From Cyanidioschyzon merolae (taxonomy: Eukaryota), in the NCBI GenBank assembly GCA_000091205.1, contig AP006487.2: 64,000 bases of DNA. The stretch is one strand, 5' to 3'. The position numbers were made by a program, and so were the translations under genes. Within the stretch, counting starts at the first letter, position 1. Each line of letters opens with the position of its first letter. This document shows, one piece after another, positions 45,133 through 56,497 of this stretch. The notes below the pieces were generated by a model that was not told the origin of the DNA, searched no databases, and saw nothing but the letters and a program-made list of their open reading frames with translations.

Positions 45133-47190
45133 CTAGAACTCTGCAGAGTCCAAGCAGTCGTCCGCGTCAGACGCCATGAAGTCTGTATCGCACGCTGCGT
45201 GTGCGTCCAGGTCATTGACGCGGTGCATCCAACGATCGAGCGCGGTTTGTGCTGGCACGTGGGATTTCGGCGATGAGGTTACTTTTCCTCTGGATTCGCG
45301 GCTTTCAGTATTCTTCGTCTTCGATGCGGCACGGCGGCGCTGTAATTGCTCTAGATAAGCATCGTGTGTGGATGGTTTCCCTTTTTTAGACCAGGCCGCC
45401 TTGGGGAGTCGGCCGGCTCGGGATGGACGAGGCGAATCATCTGAGGCGCTCTGGGGAGCCTCCAGTGCTCGCGGTCTATTTTCGTCCTGCACAAAAATGC
45501 TGTCTCCTGCATAGAGCATGGTTGCCGCATCGGAAACGAGCCGGAGGGCGGCTCGCTGACGTTTGGTGCTCATTTCTCCTCGGCCGCTGCTAGTTTGGCG
45601 CAAAGTTGCCAAAGCTTTCTCGAGCGCAGGTGCGGCGGGTACCGCGTTGGCCGCATCCGATTTAGAAGCACGTTTGCGTGTTGGTTTGGTGGGCATGGGA
45701 TGCATCTCAAAGCGGACTCGTTTCGAGTGCCGCTTGTGGGTGTGCAGTGCCGTCGATGCTGTAGCTGCATCCTTGGATTCAGATTTCAGCTCACCGACTG
45801 TGCTGACGCTCTCCGTGCATGTGGTGTTGATAGATTCTTCTCCAGAGGCGCCCGGCGACAAAGGTTCTGCGGACTTGCGTTGAATCTTTTGCCGTCCGCG
45901 TTGTTCTGTGCCTGTCGTTGTTTCGCTCGCGCTTGGGGCTTGCTCCGCTCCCCTTCTGGGACGACGCTTATTCTGAGAAGCGCCTGAAGTTCGGCTCGCT
46001 GATGGTGAACTGGATGCAGGCATCATCTTGATCTTTCCTGATGCTGGATCTAAACTGCTTTGGAAGTGCTCGCGTGTTGCCGGGGTCATGCGATCATGCA
46101 GTGGCATCATCACAGACGCAGCCGCAGCGTCACCAGAGAATGGATCCTCTGTAGCGCGTTGCCCGCACTGGGAAGCGCTTGCTCTATTCGGGTCCCGCGA
46201 CGACGTTTTCCGCTTGTTGGCGGATGCAGCATGAGCCACTCGATGCGAGGAGGCAACCATGTTCTCGAATTCGCTGCGGGTGCCTTTTTCGCAGCTTTTG
46301 CTGTTGCTCGCTTCCGCGCTGTTTGAACTATCAACGGGTTGTTTGCGCGGACGCCCCCTTTTCCGTCTTGTCGGCGAGCGGAGCGGTAGGGTCGCAACCT
46401 CAGACCCAACTATAGCTGAGGCAGTTTGCAGAGACCCTGTTCGGCTTCTCGTTCCGCTCGCACCCAGGATGAGGTCGGGGTGGTGGAAACGGACGCGAAC
46501 AAGCTGCTCTAACAGTCGCCGCGCTTCGCGAGAGATCGATTGCGGTATCTTGCGCATCTGCTCTGCGGTATTGCTGGCCACGGGCCAGTCCGACGGGTTC
46601 TGCTTCGTGGCTGGGGTCTCGCCGGTGAGCTCCTCATCCACTACGAGCAGTGGGCCGCGCTGGTGCGAACGCGTTCGCGTCGCATGCGGCCTCGCTGCCC
46701 GCCGGCTTTCCAAGTCGACTTGATTCCGTACCTCCCGCCAGGAACGATAGCCTTCGATCAAAATCTCACGCCAGTTTTTCGGAAACGCTGTCCCTTTCCC
46801 ATCATTTACGCTTTGAAAGGCGCGGACGGTCGCAACAGGCCACCCGGCAGTGACCATGTGCGCCGCACGCATCCGGCCGCAGAGACGGTACCGAGAACCA
46901 GACTCGGTCTCGATGACTGTATATTCGCGCCCGTCTGTCTGCACGTCCACTACAGCCGAAGTTTGCCACAGCAACGATGCATCCAGAGGCGGTGCAGGAA
47001 CACCAGCGGCGTTCGATTCCGCCGCCGCTTCCCGCGTGCCCCACACTGTAAAATATGTGTTTTGTTTCTTTGCTGTCGTCGAGACATTCTCTCGATCTTC
47101 ATCTGAAATTCTATCGTCTTCAGCAAGGACAGGCTCAAGGAACCAGTCGTAGATCGGGGGAAACTCCATCACCACACGTCTACCAGGCAA
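45133..47190 (-). CDS. SANTA-domain protein with AT-hook (KNL2/Mis18BP1-like centromere licensing factor candidate)
   Basis: The N-terminal ~120 aa (IYDWFLEPV..TYFTVWGTRE..SLLWQTSAVVDVQTDGREYTVIETESGSRYRLCG..TAFPKNWREIL) fit the SANTA pattern (DW...vGrr...W.TS.I....T..GS.Y.L.G...GFP..W). The AT-hook is RRKRGRPRKQP. A C-terminal RPSRAGRLPKAAW loosely resembles a CENP-C-like motif. Confidence 0.4.
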   Translation of the reverse strand: MPGRRVVMEFPPIYDWFLEPVLAEDDRISDEDRENVSTTAKKQNTYFTVWGTREAAAESNAAGVPAPPLDASLLWQTSAVVDVQTDGREYTVIETESGSRYRLCGRMRAAHMVTAGWPVATVRAFQSVNDGKGTAFPKNWREILIEGYRSWREVRNQVDLESRRAARPHATRTRSHQRGPLLVVDEELTGETPATKQNPSDWPVASNTAEQMRKIPQSISREARRLLEQLVRVRFHHPDLILGASGTRSRTGSLQTASAIVGSEVATLPLRSPTRRKRGRPRKQPVDSSNSAEASNSKSCEKGTRSEFENMVASSHRVAHAASANKRKTSSRDPNRASASQCGQRATEDPFSGDAAAASVMMPLHDRMTPATREHFQSSLDPASGKIKMMPASSSPSASRTSGASQNKRRPRRGAEQAPSASETTTGTEQRGRQKIQRKSAEPLSPGASGEESINTTCTESVSTVGELKSESKDAATASTALHTHKRHSKRVRFEMHPMPTKPTRKRASKSDAANAVPAAPALEKALATLRQTSSGRGEMSTKRQRAALRLVSDAATMLYAGDSIFVQDENRPRALEAPQSASDDSPRPSRAGRLPKAAWSKKGKPSTHDAYLEQLQRRRAASKTKNTESRESRGKVTSSPKSHVPAQTALDRWMHRVNDLDAHAACDTDFMASDADDCLDSAEF

Positions 47191-48522
47191 AGAGAGGCAG
47201 TTGTTACCGCGTGCGCGCGCGCGCGGATGCTTCCACAGCGTCGAAGATAGAGGATTTTTAAATTGACATTGGCCAGCGTTTCCAGAGACTGTGCCCCATT
47301 TTTTTCTTTTCTTTCTCTGTCAGCGCGCAGTGAGGCATCCAACAAACCCCCTACTTCCATATTCCATAACATATACTTCTTCTCGAGTATACAGGTCGTT
47401 TCATACATACAATCGTGATGGTAGTGCCTGCAGAATGAACCCGCCATAGCGCCGGTAGCGCCGGTGCAGATGCATCACCTACATACAGAACGGCTTTTCC
47501 ATACCACTGAGGCCGACGGTAATAGCGGCACAACGCGCTTCGCAGCAGGCACTCATGGTGAGCGCGACATGCACCAGGTCGGTGAAAAAACTACCATCAA
47601 CTCAGAGGAATCACGTACTGGGGATGCGTTGCCTAGGCGCGAAACTACAGGGACCGTTGCCTCTTTCTGGGTCTCTGGTGGCAATGGCGCATCCGTGGGA
47701 GACCTGATCAGACTCATGGGATTCGCGCCATAAAAAATGCATAGATCGAGGCAGATTCCCGCCACGGGGCTTGTCTATTTACCGCACGTATCATCGAAGA
47801 AGCACGTTGCCGACGGACTTATGATAGCGCATCACAAGTCGCGCAAGATTGCTTTTCGGGGCCGTATCGCTACGCTGTCGGGCGTATTCAGCAGATCCCA
47901 CCAGTTCTGGAAGCACGGTCAGTCGTTTGCTGTACCGTACTGCGCCCGGCGAAAAGACGCGCGCGGGTGTACCCGCTTGCCATGCACAACGCGAGATCGA
48001 GATATCTAACCAGAACCAGACGGATGTGCAAAAACAGCGGGACATCGGGCAAAAGTCTTCCACTGTTCCGCGAGAGCTCCCGTCTTTGTCAGCTTTTGTT
48101 TGCAAGTCTCTGGGGGTTCAGCGACCCTGCGAGACCCGAACCTTCTGAAGCCTCCACGTGAAGCCTGGTCCGATACTTGTTGCAATCACGTGCATCATCT
48201 CGACACTCACGATCAATAAGCTCAATAGTCTGCGTCGGGGTCACAGAACTCGTCGACTCTACATAAGAAAACGGAAACGCTGGCATGCAGTCCGTTTCAA
48301 CACTCCCGCGACCGATGCAGCCCCACAGGGCGGCTCGTCTGCAACGTCGCCCGCTCCACTGACGACGAGCTCGACGTCAGCCACTTGAGTTCAGGTGTTG
48401 GTACTTGGTGGCCTCTGCGGCCGTTTATGCCTCAACGGAAGCCAAAAGAAACTTGATGACACTGAGTACAGCTTCTTGAATAGGGGTTTTGCTGTTGACT
48501 GTTTGCCTCGCGTCCGAGCTCG

Positions 48523-49939
48523 ATGCTGTGTTCTCGTGGCACTGCCGTTCAGCGTCTTCGTGGACTAGCGGGACTCTTTCACAGCGTTCGTCCGCTCTCC
48601 AGCACGGGCAGCGCAGTGCAAGACGAGGATGTTTACATTCTTTCTTTCGCAAGAACGCCTATCGGCTCTTTCGGTGGCAAGCTTGCTCACTTGACAGCCG
48701 TTGAACTGGGGGTTATTGCGGTGAACGCTGCACTCGCGCGAGCTGCACGTCTGGAGCCGGACCTGGTCACGGACTGCTACCTGGGGCAGGTGCTTACAGC
48801 TGGCTGTGGCCAGTCGCCTGCACGTCAGGTTGCACTCCGAGCCAACTTGCCGGAAACGGTACGCTGCCTCACAGTCAATAAGGTGTGTGCGAGCGGCATG
48901 AAGGCAATCACTTTAGCGTATGATGCAATCCGGCTGGGACACGCTGAAATCGTTGTTGCCGGTGGCATGGAGAGCATGAGTAATGCACCCTTCTATCTAA
49001 TGGAAAACGAGCAGTTGTTGAGTCGGCGCAAGTATCTCATTCGAGGCCGCCTCGCTCGGGAGCTCGGCAACCGCGTGCTCTACGACGGACTGCTCCTGGA
49101 CGGGCTCCTGGACAGCTACAGCCGGCGGGGTTCGTTGAAAGGCGCATCAACGGCAGTTGGCGCTGAAGAAGACAACGCTGACGCAGGCTATCCCATGAGT
49201 TACTACGCGGATCGTTTGGCGTCGAACATGGGTATTCTGCGTGAAGAGCAGGACAACTTTGCCGTGCATAGCTACTCGCGCGCCGCCAAAGCGACTGCAC
49301 AGCAGCTTTTTGCCAAAGAGATCGTGCCCGTAGAGCTGCCTACCGAGTTTGCGACGCACTCATCCCCGGAACGCTTCTCGGACTCTAGTAGAACTACGTC
49401 TGGGGGCCCGGACACCGAAACCCATGGCACCATTGTGAGTCCCGAGCACCTTGCCCTGCTCAAGAGCGATGAAGAGCTCGAACGACTCGAGCAGATTGAT
49501 CGGATGCCGAGGCTGGCGCCGCTGTTTCCCGGCGCTCGCCCGTCGGGTGCCAAAGGTGGCCCAGAGGGACCCGCTGGCGGCACGATCACTGCAGGAAACG
49601 CTTCTAAGCTAAGCGACGGAGCAGCAGCGCTGGTCTTGGCCTCAGGACGAGCTGTTCGTCGATATAACTTGCTGCCGCTAGCGCGCATGCTTTCGCATGG
49701 TGATGCTGAGCAAGACCCGGAACGCTTTGCCACGACACCGGCGTTGGCGTTACCGCTCGCGCTCTCCAGGGCCGGCCTGAAGCTCTCGAACCTCGACTAC
49801 CTGGAGATCAATGAGGCCTTCGCCTGCGTCCCCATTATGGTACTAAGGTTGCTTGCCGCAACACATGCAGCAGAGGGAGCTTTTCTGGATCCAGTACGAG
49901 CGCGCGCCGCAGCTGCTGTGAGCGCAAGCGCTTCCAGTT

Positions 49940-49977
<38 letters not shown>

Positions 49978-50277
49978 CTTCCTCGTTCGTTGGGATCAGC
50001 AGGTACGGGAACCAGTGCTGGTGGCGTCTCTGCACCAACGGGTCTCAGCTCGAGTGCCGCTCTACCGGATATCATCAGCAGTGAGCACGTCAACGCCTGG
50101 GGTGGTGCGATTGCGCTCGGGCACCCATTGGGCTGCTCTGGAGCGCGCATTGTGGTGACCCTCACGAACATCCTGCGCAGTCGGACGGCTCGGTACGGTG
50201 CTGCAACGATCTGCAACGGCGGCGGTGGCGCGACTGCCCTAGTTCTCGAGCGGGTAGATATGACGAGCGGCGGTTGA
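48523..50277 (+). CDS. ACAT: Acetyl-CoA C-acetyltransferase (thiolase II) with N-terminal presequence and low-complexity insertions
   Basis: The core matches thiolase: ILSFARTPIGSFGGKL, VNKVCASGMKAI, NEAFA and GGAIALGHPLGCSGARIVVTL. An R-rich N-terminal extension suggests organellar targeting. A poly-Ala run is encoded by (GCA)12 at 49941..49976. Confidence 0.9.
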
Positions 50278-50742
50278 AACTGGGCCAAGCATCTGATCAA
50301 GATGGATCCCGCGTCGCCATATGCACATCGCCAGCTTCCCTACGGTGCGTAAATGCCGCCGCTACGCATACGGTGCGAAACCTTACTGGGCGGCTCCTCA
50401 ACCAGCGGAATCTAGCAAATGGATGCAGTCTTTACTTTGGATATTCTGTGGGTGAATTCTCGTTGATTCGCGTCACGCTGACCGGTTCCCTAGGCTATAT
50501 ACCGATGTGGCGATCTGGAACACCGCGTCCTGGCAAGCGCATACCTGAGCCCATGAATCGATAGATGGAGAGCACGCTACGGAGATCTCTTCAGCGGTCG
50601 GTATGGAAAAACGCGCGTTCGTTTCCGGAGCGCCGCTGACGTCCAAGCTGCTGGTATGCAGTTTACCCGCCCAGCTGCCAGAAGCCAGTTGCCACAGGCG
50701 CTGGCGCCACTGGTCGGCATGGCTGCCTCCGGAGTCGCCGCT

Positions 50743-53700
50743 TCACTCGTATTCGGATGCAGCTTGTGGTGTTTCCGTAGACGCAACCTGCGATACCGTT
50801 TCAGGCCAGATCACTTCCAGTATAGGCGCGTAAGTGTGCGCCAAATGCATTCCCAAGTGTTGAATTTGGCTGTGGAAATGCCTGAGCTCCTCATGCCAAG
50901 TGCCAAAAACGCGATACGTCGCAGGGAGCTCCCTGACTTGCCGTGCACTCAACAACTCGGCAAGGCGCCTCTCCAGCAATGTATCTAGCGCATCTGCTTC
51001 TACCTGCGCCGCTCGCAGACGACGGATAATCTCTGTTCTCGCAGCGACGTCGAGGTCCAGCGATACCAGGGTGCATTCGATGGCATCAAGGATGCGTTCG
51101 GCGACGTTCGAAGTATTCAGGCCGTGCCCACTTGCCTTGATGGCAGCGTGCAGCGCGCTCCAAACCTCATCTGGCTGAGCGCCGAGATTTGCTCCTGTGT
51201 ACACGCAGTGGCGCGTACGCAGGAGCATCGCCGCTTTCTCGACAAGACACCTGCCTGCGTTTCGCCATGAGAGGAGACGATCCCGATCCAGGAGGAGCAT
51301 CTCGGGGATTTGCTCGGGGCTCAGCAGGCTCTCCGCCTCGGGGTGTGTAAACGTCCAGATCAGTACACGCTGCAGCGTGAATCCCAGCGTTGTCATCAGA
51401 TCCCGCTGCGTTCGTCGATGCGGGTTCAGCAAAGGTCTAGTGCCCGCGGTAGCCGATTCTGCGTCGATCCTCGGAGCGGGCATCTTGGCGCCTTCTGAAC
51501 CAGACTGGATGCCAGCGGACGCGCCGAAAGTCGCTAACCACTGACGACTTCGGGGCAGGCCCGGGAACTTGTTCATCATGACAGCGTACTCCCGCGCAGG
51601 CCCAAACTGCTGAACCAGCGGTATCATGCGCTCGATCCGAGCGATACGCAAATCTCGTTGACGATCCTCAATGAGATCGAACAGCTCCTCCCAGACATGC
51701 ACGATGGCATCTTCGATCAACGAATGCTGATTGATGCGCTCCTGCAGGGCTTTTGCGACCGCGTGCCGCGTCGGCGGCCGTAGCACCGCCTTCTCCCCGG
51801 TGACTCCAGCGGCACGATCGGCTGCTGGTGCCCATGCTTGCACGAGTGACGCGTCCTTAGCCGGCATCTGGACCAGGAAAAGAACCTGCACGGCAATAAA
51901 GATGATATGCGCGAGCGACTCCAGTGCGACTTGGCGTAGCAGCGTCTGATTCGATGTCGATGTCGTCGAGTTCTCTGCCTCGATGAGCGCTTCCAGGCGT
52001 TGACGCCAATAAGACGGATCCAGTTCTCTGTCGATTACATCATGCATCCGCTCGACCTCGGCAGCGTAGAGCGTACGGCGTTGCCGTTGTGGATCCTCTG
52101 CAGGGAAATCGTCCTCTCGCCGAGCGGATAACGACGATGATTGGGGCGTTTTCGAGGGTGGCGGCGGCGGCAGCAACTGCCGCAAGACCTCCCGCAGATC
52201 GCGCACTGCATCCACGAAGAGGGTTACGTAGGCCTTACAAACAAGCGCCTCGCGAAAACGATCAAAATAAGCTTTGCGTAGCCAGCAGTGGATACGCCTC
52301 GAGAGCGCGCTTGGAATCGGCCAGGCGGCAGCGCATGAACTTTGCACCCGTTCGCGGAAAGATGGCAAGTCCACCAGGATTTCGTGCGCGAGAACAGTGT
52401 TCACGTCGAGACCAGCGGCTGCTACTTGGTTGGTATCGCGCACCAGTCCGGAGACGGCGTCCAGTTCGGCTGTTAGGGCGCCGGGCTCTGTCTCCGGCGC
52501 CGCAGAGACCAACCGAGTTGCCAGCCGCTGGACATAGCGCTCGGCCTGGACACCGCCGACGAGTCTCGTCATTTCATGCAGCCGGTCTTGTAACTGGTTG
52601 ACTTCGCGCTCCCAGTATCCGATCGTCTGGTTTGCCACTGTCGCCGATTGATGTGTTGTCGCGCTCCTGACAGTACCGCGTAGCTTGTCCAATGCGGCGA
52701 GTTCGTGGGCGAGTCCCTCGAGAAGCTGCGCCGCATCCCTGCGTTTCCACGCAATGAAGGCTCGTTTCCAGCATCGCCAGGACTGGACGAATCCAGCAAT
52801 GTTCCGCTCAAACTGGTTGTCAGTACGGGGTTTGGTGGCAGCAGCAGCAGCAAGCTGTGCAAAGCGATCTACCAAATTGCGTGCGAAAGCACACAGATGC
52901 TCCGCTGTTTGGTCGCCCAGCGCATATTCTGGGAACCTGTGCACCAGGAACGAGGCCAGGAACACCCGTCCATCACCTCGGCTGTGAAGCCTGCATTCAG
53001 AGGGTGCTGCCGAGTTTGCCGCATCCATCGCAATCAGTGCACGCTCCTGGGCCTGAATCCAACCTGTGAGCGCTTTCAAAAGCTGATCAGCATGCTGAAT
53101 ACATGCCGGTACCTGTAGATGTTCTCTGGTGGCCTCCTCGAACGATATTCCAGCCCGTAAAGGAAAGCCCGCTCTATGTAGATAGCAACATGCTGCGGCG
53201 GCAATTTCGAGCTCCTGACAAGGCACCGCATGCGTTGCCTGACGAGCTGGAGGCTCTGGCCGTGAGCACGACTCTTCTGCGCTCTCATTCTGGTTTGCAC
53301 TTTCCCTCGATTTTCTTGTTGCGTTCGCCTGCGATCCACGGAGTTCTGGCGAAATCCTCTGCTCCGATATAGGGTAAGCGGACGCGCTTTCCAAATACGT
53401 CGCGGAAGCTGAATCCGGGTGAGGAGACGCTCGCTCGGCAAGCTCTTTGGACGATGTATCAGTTTGCACGGCATCGTCCGTTTCTGGGTAACGACCCTGA
53501 CCGCGACACTGAGACGGGCTACCATCGCCGGGTACTATCGCCAGGCGGCGGTGCAGCGCTCTCGACGCGTTACGCACCCTTCTGGCGTTACGGACTCGCT
53601 CTCGCTCCCGCTTCACGGCCGCTGCCTCCATGGCACGCTCTTTGGCTAACCATTGATGTCGATAACGTTCTGCGAGCGCTGTGCGAGCTTCAGCTGCCTT

Positions 53701-54369
53701 GAGCAGCACTCTTTTCCAATGTTGGCGAACTCGCTCTTGTCTATACCGTTGTTTCTCCTCTCGGCGGCGGGCTGCAGCCTCAAGCTCTGCCTGAAGTGCA
53801 TCAAGAGAAACTCTGCCTTCGAAAGAGTGGCTTGCTGAGAGCCATAACTGACGCCGCCGTTGCGCACTGCCGCTCCGTGGCGACTCGGTCACGAAGCAAC
53901 GACGTCGCTTGTCAGCTGAGGCCGGCCGCTTCTCGGCCTTTTCGGGAGATTCAACGAGACGAGGCAATAGAAGGCAACGACGCTGCGGATGAGCGTCGTT
54001 CCCGAGCCTGTCGTTGGTGTTGCGCCCAACGCCTTCGCCTGGGCTAGAAACGCCGCTGCTCCAGGGTTCACTAGCGCGCCCGGGAGTAGTGCATGGCGAG
54101 CACCAGGAAACCTGAGAGTCTGCTGCCTCTTTCGCAAGCGATGATTCACTTCCGTATTTCTCCTTTCGATCCAAACACCATTCGATAATCCATTCGTTGC
54201 TCTGTGTGTCCATGCTTCGAGAACTCCCGTTCCGTTCCAGGCGATAATGCTCACGAATGAACAACCGATGCGGTAGCGATTCGCGGTGTCTCCCATTGGC
54301 CTGCGCAACGGCCGTGTGACAGCCGCCATTGCCAAGCGCCCGTGACAGAATAGGCCGCAATCCCGCCAC
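50743..54369 (-). CDS. Large hypothetical protein (1208 aa) with basic coiled-coil segment
   Basis: Long ORF with a charged heptad-like stretch EEKQRYRQERVRQHWKRVLLKAAEARTALAERYRHQWLAKERAMEAAAVKRERERVRNARRVRNA. No domain is confidently recognised. Confidence 0.4.
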   Translation of the reverse strand: MAGLRPILSRALGNGGCHTAVAQANGRHRESLPHRLFIREHYRLERNGSSRSMDTQSNEWIIEWCLDRKEKYGSESSLAKEAADSQVSWCSPCTTPGRASEPWSSGVSSPGEGVGRNTNDRLGNDAHPQRRCLLLPRLVESPEKAEKRPASADKRRRCFVTESPRSGSAQRRRQLWLSASHSFEGRVSLDALQAELEAAARRREEKQRYRQERVRQHWKRVLLKAAEARTALAERYRHQWLAKERAMEAAAVKRERERVRNARRVRNASRALHRRLAIVPGDGSPSQCRGQGRYPETDDAVQTDTSSKELAERASPHPDSASATYLESASAYPISEQRISPELRGSQANATRKSRESANQNESAEESCSRPEPPARQATHAVPCQELEIAAAACCYLHRAGFPLRAGISFEEATREHLQVPACIQHADQLLKALTGWIQAQERALIAMDAANSAAPSECRLHSRGDGRVFLASFLVHRFPEYALGDQTAEHLCAFARNLVDRFAQLAAAAATKPRTDNQFERNIAGFVQSWRCWKRAFIAWKRRDAAQLLEGLAHELAALDKLRGTVRSATTHQSATVANQTIGYWEREVNQLQDRLHEMTRLVGGVQAERYVQRLATRLVSAAPETEPGALTAELDAVSGLVRDTNQVAAAGLDVNTVLAHEILVDLPSFRERVQSSCAAAWPIPSALSRRIHCWLRKAYFDRFREALVCKAYVTLFVDAVRDLREVLRQLLPPPPPSKTPQSSSLSARREDDFPAEDPQRQRRTLYAAEVERMHDVIDRELDPSYWRQRLEALIEAENSTTSTSNQTLLRQVALESLAHIIFIAVQVLFLVQMPAKDASLVQAWAPAADRAAGVTGEKAVLRPPTRHAVAKALQERINQHSLIEDAIVHVWEELFDLIEDRQRDLRIARIERMIPLVQQFGPAREYAVMMNKFPGLPRSRQWLATFGASAGIQSGSEGAKMPAPRIDAESATAGTRPLLNPHRRTQRDLMTTLGFTLQRVLIWTFTHPEAESLLSPEQIPEMLLLDRDRLLSWRNAGRCLVEKAAMLLRTRHCVYTGANLGAQPDEVWSALHAAIKASGHGLNTSNVAERILDAIECTLVSLDLDVAARTEIIRRLRAAQVEADALDTLLERRLAELLSARQVRELPATYRVFGTWHEELRHFHSQIQHLGMHLAHTYAPILEVIWPETVSQVASTETPQAASEYE

Positions 54370-54523
54370 AGCAGGCGCCGGCCGTCAACGGCAATCTGCA
54401 GCGATGCATGTCGCTCTGTTTGTGACCGTGACATCATGGATGATGCCTGCCCGCCCCCGACCCGCTCCTCCGAGACCTCGATCCGATTGCCACGTCGCCT
54501 CGGCGATCGGAACATCCCAGCAA

Positions 54524-56140
54524 CAACATCGAAAACTATCGCCGGTTAATATCGAGCACTTTATGAAGCGCACCTTTTGGACGTTGTACGCGCAGTAGCC
54601 TCACATTTACTAGCACATGCGCTTGGAAACTGATTGAATCGATACCCGGGTTTTCGATGGATGCAAATGAGGAGCCGGTGGCGGTATCGCTCGAGTTGGT
54701 AGCGACTTCGGCAGAGATGTCGCTACGAGGGCGAGCGGCACTCCAGATGGTCCAAGCTCATCGTGATATGCTGGACCTCGAACCGGACGGGCGCCATATC
54801 CAAAGGATGGTTGAAACGAGATGCCTGCCTTCATTGCATCTTTCGCTACTTTATGTTCCTGAACAGGGCTCTCCAGAGAAAAACCTGCTTGCCTCCTTGT
54901 ATCCGTGCATCCAGGCCCCTGAGAAAAACCCATTCAATGCGGCACCGGTATGCCGGATTACGGCGCAGGCAACCATCGTAGATATTTGTGTTATGTACTG
55001 CATCGTGTCTGGAGTGAGCTACGGCTGGTCTCTGCGAGCAGGCATGGGACATGCGAGCATCATCTCGAAGAGCATTGGCGGAGCTCGCTCGACGATACGC
55101 ATCCGCTGGTAGAAAGTATAGAAGAGTCAATAGGGACGACAGAGAACGACAGAGTATCAAACCGCATGCAATTCGTGCAATCTAAGCCCAAGTCGAGCAG
55201 AAGGACTCATTTTCAATCGTTCAAGATAGATGATATGAAAGGATTTGTGATGGGTATCGATCCGGGGTCGACAAGAATATCGCGATGGTCGCCATGCCTC
55301 TGTATGATGAGAACGGCATCAGATTTCTGAAAGGCAAGCAGATGACACTGCTCATTTTGTGCAGGGCGTAATATCTTCGCGAGTCATAACGAACAGACGA
55401 AAGAAGCCATACCAACAAATGGAATGATAGCGTCAGAACTGCTTTTGTACGCGCTGAGGAATGTGATGAGCAGAGAAGCATGCTTCGTGCGTCTCAGATA
55501 GAGAGTACACAGATGCGTAACTGGCTCCCGCAGGCATCTTTAGCTGGAGTCCATGAGATGGCGCTGAAATCGCAAACGATTCCTGTTGTACAAGCGCAAG
55601 AAGCACGCATTCTCTAGGTCCTTCAGTGAGTTGGAACAGCGAGTGAAAGACAATGCGCGTCATTCGGTAATAGAGTATGAAGTTGGACATTCCAGCATGC
55701 GCACTGGCTGCACATCTATTCAATCGACAAGAGCGTTCACCAAGAGCAGAAACCTATGCGGGACGATTCCCACTGGAGGCGTTCAGGACAACGCGCATGC
55801 GCATCATGAGTACGACTGCACACTGAAACAGATCGAGAAGAAAAGCGTGGAACAGAGCGCGATACACAATATCATGCAAGGCGAGCTGATGAAATGCCAG
55901 ACACCGAGACATCCTCAGGTGAGAGGCGTACTATTGTGTGATGCCACCAGCGATCATCCATACGAGTACTTTCTGCATCGAGACTTGAATGCCTCAATCA
56001 ACAATCGGGAATGTGTGTGTTGCTGCCAGAGCGTCTATCAACTTTGTTTCCTGCATATTTTCCACGAAATTGATTCGTGCTCGGTGTAGACATTTCGATG
56101 AAACGTTGGAGTCTTCCGAGGCAAGACAAAAACTGTGACA
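54524..56140 (+). mobile_element. TnpB/Fanzor-like element, copy 2: conserved 355-bp leader plus inactivated RuvC gene
   Basis: The leader 54524..54878 is about 96% identical to 19564..19916. ORF 54950..55330 carries RuvC-I FKIDDMKGFVMGIDPGSTRISRW (Fanzor-type GIDPG). ORF 55586..56089 carries ..LEQRVKDNARHSVIEYEV..SSMRTGCTS.. followed by RuvC-III HPYEYFLHRDLNASINNRE. In-frame stops separate the pieces. Confidence 0.55.
54950..56089 (+). pseudogene. Inactivated TnpB/Fanzor-like RuvC nuclease gene (copy 2)
   Basis: RuvC-I and RuvC-III segments are in the same frame but interrupted by stops at 55328 and 55343. No clean RuvC-II could be read. About 75% identical by eye at nucleotide level to copy 1 over the homologous part. 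Confidence 0.5.
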
Positions 56141-56497
56141 AGCAGAGCGGGAATCGGATGCTCGCATGCAGCTACACACCCGTAAGGTACGGTGCAGCAA
56201 CCCAAAAAGGCTGGATCACTGCACCTTTATACCGGAAACGATTTTCCATGGATATTCCTAGACGAAGGTTAGCGTTCCATTATTCGATACGACTGAGCAA
56301 ACGTGCTTGTGGTGATGCCGCACTCGCCCGTGTCGCGCTCCAGCAGCAGGAAACGAATCCCCGCCGCCCGGTGAAAAATCGCAGCAGACGCTGCGGCAAC
56401 GTTCGCCGCCCGTGCTCTAGAACAGAACGAATTACCACGATTTCAAACTAAAGAGAAGTTTGAGGTGTATCCTTTATAGAGACGTACTTGCCGTGTC

